From the NCBI GenBank assembly GCA_000934665.2, contig KZ538210.1, positions 62,001-99,790 of the forward strand: DNA of 37,790 bases. Direction: 5' to 3'. The notes beneath the pieces are model-generated. The model did not search any database. It was not told where the DNA came from and saw only the letters and a list, made by a program, of their open reading frames with translations. Both the position numbers and the translations under genes were made by a program. Below, piece by piece: positions 1 through 10,163 of the stretch (position 1 is its first letter; every line of letters begins with the position of its first letter). This stretch comes from Catajapyx aquilonaris (taxonomy: Eukaryota).

Positions 1-118
1 TAGTTATTATTAAATATTAATGGTCACACCATGCACATCACTGGCTTTATGAACTTGCGAATTACCTTAAGCAAAGTTAATGCTACCAGTTTCAGTCAAT
101 GTTCACATCATTACGCAC

Positions 119-1788
119 CTGCCAGAAGGTATCCCATATGAAAAACGAAGGAGAATATGACTGAGAAGAGAGTCCCTCCGCAGCTGACCAGTGTGAGGTA
201 CAGAACCAGTACACATGATATGGAATGAATTATTGAGCAGCCTGAAAAATTCAATTGTCACATTTTTAAGGTAAAAACAATCTGTATGATAATAAACTTA
301 CCATAATTAAAATACCCGAGGCTAAGCCCACAGGAGATAAAGTAGAGGTGCTGCAGAGTTGCAGTGTTGTCATGTAGTTTAGATTTGTGGAACAGCACAA
401 GTACATAAGCTAGGGATAAAAATAAAATCAGAATCAGATTAATCAGTTTTACTCAACCTTCATTCATGCTGTGCAAGCGCTATTGGGTCACTTATCAGCA
501 AAGCCAACTTCGCAGTGCCCAGTAAATTGCATAATCTTATCTCTTTTTCTCATGTTGTGTTTGTCTAATATGAACGTGGCTTCTCCCTCCCACCACACCA
601 CTTTTTTAATCCTCAGTTTCACCAACCATATGGTCCCTCGTACCCAACACACCCGATCAGTTACACAATTTAATCCATTGAACTCTATTACGGAACACTG
701 TTCTAATTATTTAAATGAAAGGGCAGTGGGGGCACATAATATGCACAGCTTGCGGGTTTGCTCAGAACAACTTTCGCTGCATAATTTTTCTGGTAACTTA
801 TTGCGCAACAAAAGCATTGGAAATTGAATGCAAAAAGAGCCATTAAATTCTGGTCGATAAAGATATGCAAAGCCACATAATGGAGCATGACATTCACGTT
901 GGGACATATTAGTGCCTGCTCGTGCGCTCATAAATTACCACAGATAAAAAGGGGCAACAACTCTCACTGTAAACTCGCTCTCACAAACCACTGAGTTGCA
1001 TACAAACCGCAGAAATTTCACATCCAGCTGACCATTGGAATTTGGGCTACGGGAAAGATTGTTTGGCGCAAACAAAGATTACTTGGGCACTGAATCTTCC
1101 TGACTATCAATTGGTCAAAGTACCAACATGCCATGTCATGAAGCGTGCAACAGTTGAGAAAATATACAGTATGTATATATTTATTCCAACGATCAAACCA
1201 TCTGAAATGTAACAAGTGGTCCAAGTCCTGCTTCGCATGCGCTACCCTTTGCCCGCAGCATGACAAGTGATAAGTAGCTTTGATTCAGGTCAATGTAACA
1301 CACGCCGCAAGTACACCCAATTCTTGCAAACATTGCGCCGTTTAAAAAAATTAAAAATAATGCTCATGGCGGTACATGTCTCATGGTGGTGCACGGCTCA
1401 TGGTGGTGCACGGCTCATGGCGGTACATAGTTCATTATGGTACATGGCTTATTACGGTACATGTGCTCACAACATGGTCAACTTATCGTGTGTCTGTGTC
1501 TCGATGAGTTTATGTGTATACAGCGTACAGCAATATGTTAGCGTGTGTTCCATTGGTTTGGAAGCGCACCTGCACAACGCTAGTGTTTTCCCATCATCTG
1601 CGGTGACACCTGGGCACCACCTGTGGCCCAACCTGACCTTTTTTTTTTCTTTTGACCTGCCCATGCTTACCGGTGAGTAACGAGATGAGTAACCTAAGGG
1701 CAGGCTCAGTGGTCCCCAGGTACCCTGCCAACTTTTCGATCGGATAGCTGCTGGTGGCCATGGATGGGTACGACTCGGCCGCCGCCAT
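119..1788 (-). CDS. LPCAT3: Lysophospholipid acyltransferase (LPCAT3/MBOAT5/nessy), first three coding exons; gene continues left of the window
   Basis: Exons 1788-1671, 409-302 and 241-119 join through GT-AG introns in phase: MAAAESYPSMATSSYPIEKLAGYLGTTEPALRLLISLLTAYVLVLFHKSKLHDNTATLQHLYFISCGLSLGYFNYGCSIIHSISCVLVLYLTLVSCGGTLFSVIFSFVFHMGYLLAG. Matches LPCAT3 N-terminal motifs (LG.sEqALRL, GLSiaYFNfG, FqMaYLLAG). Confidence 0.9.
1362..1463. repeat. 17-bp minisatellite, 6 imperfect copies (consensus GCTCATGGCGGTACATG)
   Basis: Units start at 1362, 1379, 1396, 1413, 1430 and 1447, in LPCAT3 intron 1. Confidence 0.85.
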
Positions 1789-3547
1789 CTTCCGACTTCC
1801 ACTCACTCACTCGAAGGCTGTGGAACTAACTGTGGCCGGGCGTGTTGCTTTCTGCTCTCTCTCTCTCTCCCTGCACCGACGCACACCGACGATGGAATGG
1901 TCCCAGCTCACTCACTCCCGCTCGGCCCCAGCCAGTCAACAAAATGTTTCGTCACACTTCTATTATGCAACTGCCAGCTTGGACTCTTCTCTTCTTTTTT
2001 TTATATATATACTATTACAAATTCGCACGAGGGATATACGCGACGAGGTGCCCCACACAGTCAAGCCAGCCAGCCAGCCAGGCAGCCTCAGGGGGAATGG
2101 GGCCATTGGGTTAGGAGTGGAAGCATGATACTGTGCAGCCTTGAGATGCAATGAAACCAGTTCCTCATCTACTCACGTATGATCCACATGGGGGGTGGAT
2201 TATACATATCGTATTGCACAAGTAGGCACATGTTGCGTTTCTCCCGTGACCCCCGAGAGCTATGCCGGCGGTGGACTTTTTCTTAGCTTCTCTTCGTCGT
2301 TTATTCTGTCTCCATCTCACACCTTTGCGTCTTATTATTCTGATAGCCTGATATTGTCACAGTTGGCTTTGGCTCCTTATTCCTATAGTATACAAATACA
2401 TAATAAACCCTAAACCTGAAAAATGCATTCGAATCAGTTGCTGGGGTGAACAATCCGGAATTATATTGATATAGTGCCAGTTTCTTTTATGTGCATATAT
2501 TGATATTCAATGAGGGTATGATGGTGATAAAATTGAGGCGGATGTTTACAGAGGGGTGATTTATATAGCCGGGGGTACGTGACAGTTTATTGCGAATAGG
2601 AATAGGTTCATTTTGAACGCGGAAGTGTGCTGGATATTATTTTTGTGGAGATTTATTATAGCGGCCTTGAAGGTAACGTCGCGAATCCTGAATTGCTAGC
2701 ATATAGAGGAAGGTGTTGGATGAGTTGGTAACATGGGGAAAGTATTGCTTTTATATATGGAAACAGTAATAAACCAATTATGACGAGATACCTATATAGT
2801 CATGCTCAGGAATAGTAGCCTAAAGTGATGCTATGGCCTACACCGTATAAACCATATAAAGGTGACGATGGAAAATGTACGGTAGGTTTATAACTTGGTA
2901 TGGTAGCCATTTATCGCCGGGCTTCTCTTCCTGGGTTATTATTAATTGTTACATGATTACTTGAAACCAAGGCCAGCAACTTGCGCGTATATTTGAACTT
3001 TTTGTTACATACGTGATGTTGATGGAGAAGGCATCAGGATCAGCCGTCCTTTATCATAGCATGCAGTATAAATGTGCATGTGGCCCACTCCGGATCACCC
3101 ACCGTCTGCCCACCGTCAGTGGGCGATAAAAATATAAGCTCGATGTTTGATTATTTCAAAGAAATCTCCAGTCAAATGTACAGTACCCTACTCAGCCACA
3201 CTCTACCAATAAACTTCCTATCGCACTACTCTCGTCATATCGTAGTGATCCGGAGAGGGTATATAGCATTATTCATTATTATAAGATGATGAGACGTTCT
3301 TGTGTCAATAGGACCATGGACGTGGCTGAGGCTAGGGTTGTTTGTTTGGATAGGTGTAAATGGCGTAGGTTAATTAATGGGTAAATAGGTAAATATGTCT
3401 GAGGATAAGGTGATGTCTGAGGTGGGCAGGGGTGGGGGGTGGGACAGGTTCTTTTTAGGTCTTTCTCATGAGTTTTATTAGTTCATATGTTGGGTTAGCT
3501 TGCATCTCCCTTCATCGCTGACTACCCCTCATAGGGAAATGTCGTGA

Positions 3548-3548
<1 letters not shown>

Positions 3549-3588
<40 letters not shown>
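3549..3588. repeat. (TTG)n microsatellite
   Basis: Directly visible perfect run. Confidence 0.95.
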
Positions 3589-3589
<1 letters not shown>

Positions 3590-3929
3590 ATAAGATGATG
3601 GGTGCTGGAACCTGCCTTATATATGTTTCGTAGTAAAAAATATAACGCTTATTCATGTGCAGTATACGTGTCCATGTTGAAAACATACGATTTTAATCTA
3701 TCCACGTGGGAAATTTGCAAATGGAAAAGCAGCAATATTGCGAACGTATATGTGGCCTGATATAGACTTCAAGGTTATACTTGCTTATCCCCTCATAATA
3801 CATTTATCAACATGTGTGGGCACTATTCAGCCAGTGTGAATCCCAAAGGACCGAATTAAAGTTTTGCAATGGGCAGCGAAATACACGTTATCATTTTTAT
3901 ATACAGTGACGTATTTAAACTCCGTTCCA

Positions 3930-4090
3930 ACTATTGGCTCCCCTGCCCCACGCTGACGTCATCTCATGACGGACCAAGCGGTGCTCCGAACACACCCACG
4001 GCGTCACTATTGGCACCCCTTCTCAAATGACGTCACCCCCCGTTTTTTATCCGCCCTTCAGAACGCACCTCCAGATGCGCGCGCATCTTC
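3930..4090 (+). promoter_or_regulatory. CpG-rich TDP-43 promoter with CRE, CCAAT and NRF1-like motifs
   Basis: TGACGTCA at 3954-3961 and 4028-4035; ATTGG near 3934 and 4009; palindrome GATGCGCGCGCATC at about 4074-4087; all upstream of the first TDP-43 exon. Confidence 0.6.
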
Positions 4091-4164
4091 ACTCCCCCCT
4101 AGAACGCAATCCCCCCCTTCCCTCCCATCCACCCCGCGCCCACTCCCCCCTCCTCCTCCCCCCC

Positions 4165-4183
4165 NNNNNNNNNNNNNNNNNNN
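4165..4183. other. Assembly gap (N run) in a poly-C tract
   Basis: N characters in the sequence. Confidence 0.95.
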
Positions 4184-4435
4184 CCCCCTCCAAAAGTGGC
4201 GTCTGTTCCCTCCATCCAGATTCGGGAATCGGGAGTTCCTCCCCACCCCTGCCTGCCTCTTCTCTCTTCCCCGTTCCCCTCCCCCACACCCCGATCCTCC
4301 CGATCCCCTAAAAAAGAATTAGTGATCCTGCGGAGCTTGTATGTACAGCGGACCACTGGGAGCGCGTGAAAAAAGGTGGCGACCTGCCCCGAACTGGCGG
4401 TGGGACGAGGGCCTGACCCTCTGAAGGGTGAGAGC

Positions 4436-4467
<32 letters not shown>

Positions 4468-4573
4468 AGAGCTGCAGCACGAGGAGGAGGAAGAGGAGGA
4501 GGAGGAGGAGGAGGAGGGCAGCCCCGGGGCAGCGGAGGCGGAGGCTGCTGAGGTTGGTGGTGGTGGCCCCGAG

Positions 4574-7500
4574 ATGAGTTCGTACATCCAGGTGGCGGAG
4601 GAGGAAGGGGAAGAGCCCATCGAGCTGCCCACTGAGGATGATGGCACCCTGCTGCTTTCAACGCTGGCCGCACAGTTCCCTGGGACCTCCGGGCTCAAGT
4701 ACAGGAACCCGGAGTCTAGGGCCATGCGGGGAGTGCGCTTGGTGGACGGGAGGTTCCACTCGCCGGAGACCGGCTGGGGGAATGTCGTCTACTACTGCGT
4801 CTTCCCTAAAGGTATTGCCACGTAGAGGACACGTAGGCCTAGTCCAAGGATAGCCGTAGTTGCTTTGGCTCCTTAACCTGAACGTAAGCCTAGTACAAGT
4901 TGGAGTAGTGTATGGGTGTTGTGCAGCATGAGGAAGACGCAACAACCTTAGCGAACTTGGCCAAACACTGTCATGGAAATTATGTGTCCAAAATTGGGAA
5001 AGATTGATGTATAGACAGAGATGAGATGACGCTCATATGGAGTGCAAGTGCTCATGACCTTGAAACAAAGAATTTGCCTCGACCAATTAGAAATGTGGCG
5101 CTGTGCTTGTCGCTGGACCACATATCCTACGTGCATCATTTTTGTCAATACAAATTGCCATGCGAAGCTACGACATGACTGTCACTTCATATAAATGTGT
5201 CCTAAGATGCACAGGACATGTTGTTGCAGTCGTGATCACAACATTAGAGGCTCATTCACATGTAGCTGAATTTGGGACTCGCAGGTGAATATTGCACCCA
5301 AACATTACTGCATTCAAGGGTCATGATGCGGAAAGATCCATGTGAATGAGTTTGAACTGTTAAGGTGTGAGTCCCAAATTGGTCAATAAGTGAATTGAGC
5401 TAGACATTGATGAATAGAATGTGTGATGCCTGCTGCATGCCTTTTGTATACACACAAAAATCCTGACAAGTTCTTTGATATGAACATTTATAATTATAAA
5501 AATATACTGAATCTGAATACCTGGTGTAGCACTTGGGTCACTCGGCCTATCTGAATGTTAGCTATTGCCAGTAGAAATTAGTGGCTGACAATGGGGGAGA
5601 CATGTAGATAAGCAGTGATCTGATCAGTTCCAGGTAGGATAGCATCCTGCATAGGTTTCTGTCTGCCATGACTTGTTAATGCTAATTTTTTTCATGTCCT
5701 TTCCATGTATGCAGGGAGATTAGCTAGATTGATAGGTTGGTGAAGGACTGCATTATTTTTAAATTCCATTGTAAATATTTTTCCTTCGACCCGTGAAATT
5801 CCTCAGATTAACCTTTTACGATGATTAGCCATAATCTTGTATTTGTGACCATTTTGTGAGGAACATTACCGGCTCAGGTTGTCCAACTGGAGTTCTGAGA
5901 TTGGGGAAATGAGTATGCTACAATCGCTACCATTGAACTGTTGCTAATTCCTCAGATAAATTTTGCTGGATATTGCTACTAATTGATTTCATGAATGCAT
6001 TGCTGTGTCATTGTGGATTTAGGTTTTAGGCTAGGCTATGAGGTTATTGCTATTCGGTGAAGCATATAGTATTGCCAATGAGGTGGATGATGTAGGTTAC
6101 ATTGTTAATTATAATGCGTTCATAAAGACAGCTGTTGAACAGATATGTCAGCTAGGCATTACTTTGCACAACAGTGGTATATTTGTTATAGCTGTTAATT
6201 AAAACATAGATGATGCAATACAAAATTAATAGTGAAAAATTCAGCCATTAAATGTGGCACAAAACATGATTTAGATTGAGAGTGTAATGCCAAGAATGTA
6301 CGGAATTGTTTTGCCAGAAATCCTCTGCAATGGTATTCAGCAACACAGTAGCAAGTATGTGTGCATAGATTTTTTTCTTTATGTTTTGATGATTGCTTGC
6401 CATACATTCACTCTGGAACATGAATGAATGTTGGTTTTGTGTGCTTTTTGTGGCATGCATGTCACCATGAAAGTATTTTAAAATTGTTGTTTTTCACTTC
6501 AGAGAACAAGCGAAAGTCGGATGACCACCTTGAAAACTCAACAGCAAAAACGAAGCGAATGGAAACCAAGCAGAAGTGTTCAGACCTTATAGTCTTAGGA
6601 CTGCCATGGAAGACGACAGAGCAGCAGCTGAGAGAATACTTTGAATCCTTCGGAGAGGTTTTAATGGCACAAGTAAGTTACATTTGGAACACTGCCATAT
6701 TCTAATTTGCTGTCATTTTTTTTAGCATCAATTTGTTCTTGTAATTCCTTGATTTCTTCAACAGGTCAAAAAAGATCCAAAAACAGGCCAGTCAAAAGGT
6801 TTTGGTTTCATACGATTTGCCAACTACGAATCACAGATGCGTGTCTTGGCACAGAGGCACATGATTGACGGGAGATGGTGTGACGTGAAGATCCCCAACT
6901 CAAAGGTAACACCCATTTAAACTGTAGGTCATATTTGGCATAGTGTGATACACCATAAGAACAAGTGCATAATTTTATTAGTGCATGGCTCTTAAAAAAA
7001 AAAAATGCTGAATCACACTTGTTAGTGAGTCTAAATCAACAATCCCTACCATTGAAAATTGTTGAGCACTAATGTTCATTTGCCTTACTTCCTTTGGCTT
7101 TTGTTGCTGTGTGTGAAATCCCTTTTCATGCCTTTAACAAGAATCATAACAATATCTGCACGTGCTATTCTTTTGTAGGATAAGTGACATGTAATTTGTT
7201 TTTTTCCTTCTGTGTTTCCTGGGTAGTTCTCTTGTTACAAAAAAAAAAAAATTTAAGTGTTCCAATGGTGCAAAATGCTTATCTCTGCACAAAGATGTTA
7301 ATATTTTTGCCTTCTTTGGAGAAACCAGGGGTATTTCAATGACAAGTACCATTGTAATTGTCATTAGAAGTAATTGAGGAGGCTGTATCATCGTGACTGT
7401 TGTGTAAGTGCAAGGCCTTCTAGATTTGAGGAATGAGAAAAGAAGACAGGTATGCATGATTGTTCATGTGTGATTTATTGCATGCGAAAAGTTATTATCA

Positions 7501-10163
7501 AATTATTATTTAATTCCTTCCTGCTTCCCTACCTTGCTAATGTGTTCAAATCAATTTTCAATCCCTTTGTCAAGCTTATTTGAGGAGTGTCATTTGAAAG
7601 AGACCTAAGAAAGTGCAGAGTTGTACTAATTAGGGACAAGTGGCATGTTGAGAGTGCGTGTATGGAGAAAGAGACAAGGAGAGTGTGTGTGATGTCGTAA
7701 ACTGGAGCAGGTGTGAATTTTTATGTTGTTGTCCGTTACTTTCGGAGAAGATGGGAGAAGTGAGTTCTCGATTTAGAGAAATTATTTACGCAACTGTGCG
7801 ATTGACTGCTGGTAGCAACGCAAAGGAGTATGTGAGGACGTGAAGGAAGTGGTGATCATGTGAGAGAGGAACAGTGTGTGTGGGAACTTGTGTGGATGAT
7901 TTTTGTCAAATTTGGGACACCCATGTGCTCCACTGAAGGATAAATAAATAAAGAAAGCATGAGGAATTTGTGGCGAAGAATGGAAGGAAAAATACTGACG
8001 CTTTGAAAGAGGGAAGTACGGCAATGCCCCACAGACATTTGTACTAGTTAACTTGTTAGAACAACATTTTGTTTTTGTATACCTGGCCAAGTTGCTCAGA
8101 AATTATGTGGTGATGTTGATGGTGACGTGTCACTTGATTGCAGCTTGAATCCAGGAACCAAACACACTACAGAGTTCAATGTGGGATGCAGCATCAAGAT
8201 TTATATTGATCTCCTGCTTACCGGGGATGCAACTTGTGGAAAACGCTGTAAGTTCTGGAATTTTAATGCCGAATTGGCCGTTGGTTGGTTCTTTATTTTA
8301 TATGATTACATACCATATACATTTTCGTTTTTTGTATACACTGTATGGGTATGTTTCCAGGGCTTTTTTTTTTTTAGGTCCTACTTGCCCTTTTGTTGGG
8401 AATTTTTTTGTGGGATGAAAACTTGTGCTCCAGTTTGCGTTGAGTGAAAAAAAAAAGAAACATTGTCACTACTGTCCCTCAGAGGTTTTCAACATGTGTA
8501 TGTTGAGATGCTTCATCATTGTACTGTGTGACCACTCATGGCAGTGAGAGTGCTCTTTCATGATTTTGTTTTTGTAATGGCTTGACACAAGAGCGAATGT
8601 GTGACAGATCAACATTTCAAGGCCAAACATAAGCACAGTGGTAATGCAGTTGGTAAATATTTGCACCATTGGAATGTTCCAGTCCTAGAAGGGTTTCTTG
8701 GTTTTAACACGAAAAGTGCTGCATAATGATTAGAGAATTTCGTCTTATTGGGCCAGTGTGTGATTGAGCTCAAGGTTGACATGAGGGTCATTGTGCTGAG
8801 ATCAGCAAGAGGCAGTTAATGAAGAAGTGTGAAGGTGGGATCTTTCATATTGAGTGACATGGATAAAAGTTGAGTGTTATGCAGTACATTTCTTAGTTTC
8901 TGCTGCGCAGAGAAATTCCAACAGTCCTTAGCCAGAAAATATCGGTTTATTTTATTTATTTATTATTTATTTGCTTTGCCTGTTGTGCATGAGATGGAGT
9001 GTTTTTTTTTTCTTTACTATTATTTTGCACTAGTTGGACCAAACTTCTGTTCTTTTGAAAGTTCCACAAAAGGAGGGAATTATATAGGGGAGTGGCAACA
9101 CCACCAACTACAAACAAACAAAAAAAATGAAAAAGAAAGAAATCCCCGAGAAAAGAAGTGTCCTCGAGTAGCTCCAAGTTATCTTACCTTGCAGATGCCT
9201 GATTGGTCATGTTGCCCCTTACAGGAGGGACAGGTGCAGCAGGTCCCTTGCAAGGTGTTTGTGGGGCGCTGCACGGAAGACATGACCGCCGAGGACCTCC
9301 GTGAGTATTTCTCCAAGTTCGGTGAAGTGACAGACGTGTTCATCCCCAAGCCCTTCCGCGCATTTGCCTTTGTAACCTTCCTGGACCCCGAGGTGGCGCA
9401 GAGCTTGTGCGGGGAGGACCACATCATCAAGGGGGCCTCGGTGCACGTCAGCAATGCCGCCCCCAAGAGTGACCCAAATGCGAGGGGAGGGGGTGGGGGT
9501 GGGGGTTTTAATCGAGGGGGTGGTGGGGGTGGAGGAGGAGGCGGAGGTGGAGGAATGCGTGACCCAAAGGGAATGGGAGGTGGTGCTGGCTACACGCAGC
9601 ATTACAGTGGTGGAACTATGGGTGGGGCAGGTGGCGCTGGTTGGAACCAGGGTGGGTCCAGGGGCAGCCTTGACATGCCCAATTTGCAGACCCTGGGAAT
9701 AACTGGCAATTTGGGCCAGCCTGGCACCAGCGCTGGGAGTGGGAGCATGTCGAATCCATTGGGTATGGGTCCTCTTAACCTGGGCCTGCCCATGAATCCG
9801 GCTCTGGTGGCAGCTGCGCTGAACCAGGCAGGTTGGGGCCTCATTGGTAACCTGCAAGGAGGCCAGGGCCAGGCTGGGGCTGGGCAGGATGGCAGCCAGG
9901 CGTTTGGTAATCCGTCGGGGTTTGGAGCCACACCTAACAGTCACCAGCAGGCTGGTGCGGGGCCAGGGGGAGGGGGTGGGGGTAGTGCAGGTAAGGGTCA
10001 GGCCCCGGGTCAGGCAGCGGCGGGGAGTGGGTTTTTGGGATGGATGAATCAGGGAGGTGGGGCAGAAGGAGGGGCAGGAGGTCCAAACCCAACACCACCT
10101 CAGCAGGCAGGGTCATGGCCGCAGAGGGACAAAGGGGGAAACTTCCTCAAGTATGACATGTAA
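4574..10163 (+). CDS. TARDBP: TAR DNA-binding protein 43 (TDP-43/TBPH), 495 aa from the conserved ATG
   Basis: Exons 4574-4811, 6503-6672, 6765-6905 and 9225-10163 (1488 nt, in frame). [40 protein letters not shown]...KTKR; RRM1 [17 protein letters not shown]2 [14 protein letters not shown]; Gly-rich C-terminus with the [20 protein letters not shown] helix. Confidence 0.97.
5249..5401. mobile_element. Degenerate inverted-repeat element (MITE remnant) in TDP-43 intron 1
   Basis: GGCTCATTCACATGTAGCTGAATTTGGGACTCGCA pairs imperfectly with TGTGAGTCCCAAATTGGTCAATAAGTGAATTGAGC. Confidence 0.45.

Noticed and set aside
1362..1463. CRISPR-like array
   Set aside because: Head-to-tail repeats with no spacers, in a eukaryotic intron.
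4368..4376. A AAA AAG slippery heptamer linking the uORF to the TDP-43 frame by -1 frameshift
   Set aside because: In the uORF frame the codons are GAA AAA AGG, so the heptamer is out of the required phase.
4099..4725. Poly-Ser and poly-Pro minus-strand ORFs
   Set aside because: Antisense shadows of the GAG/GAA tract and TDP-43 exon 1; one spans an N gap.
8874..9194. N-terminal part of the 429-aa ORF
   Set aside because: AT-rich intronic sequence upstream of the acceptors, with no TDP-43 similarity.
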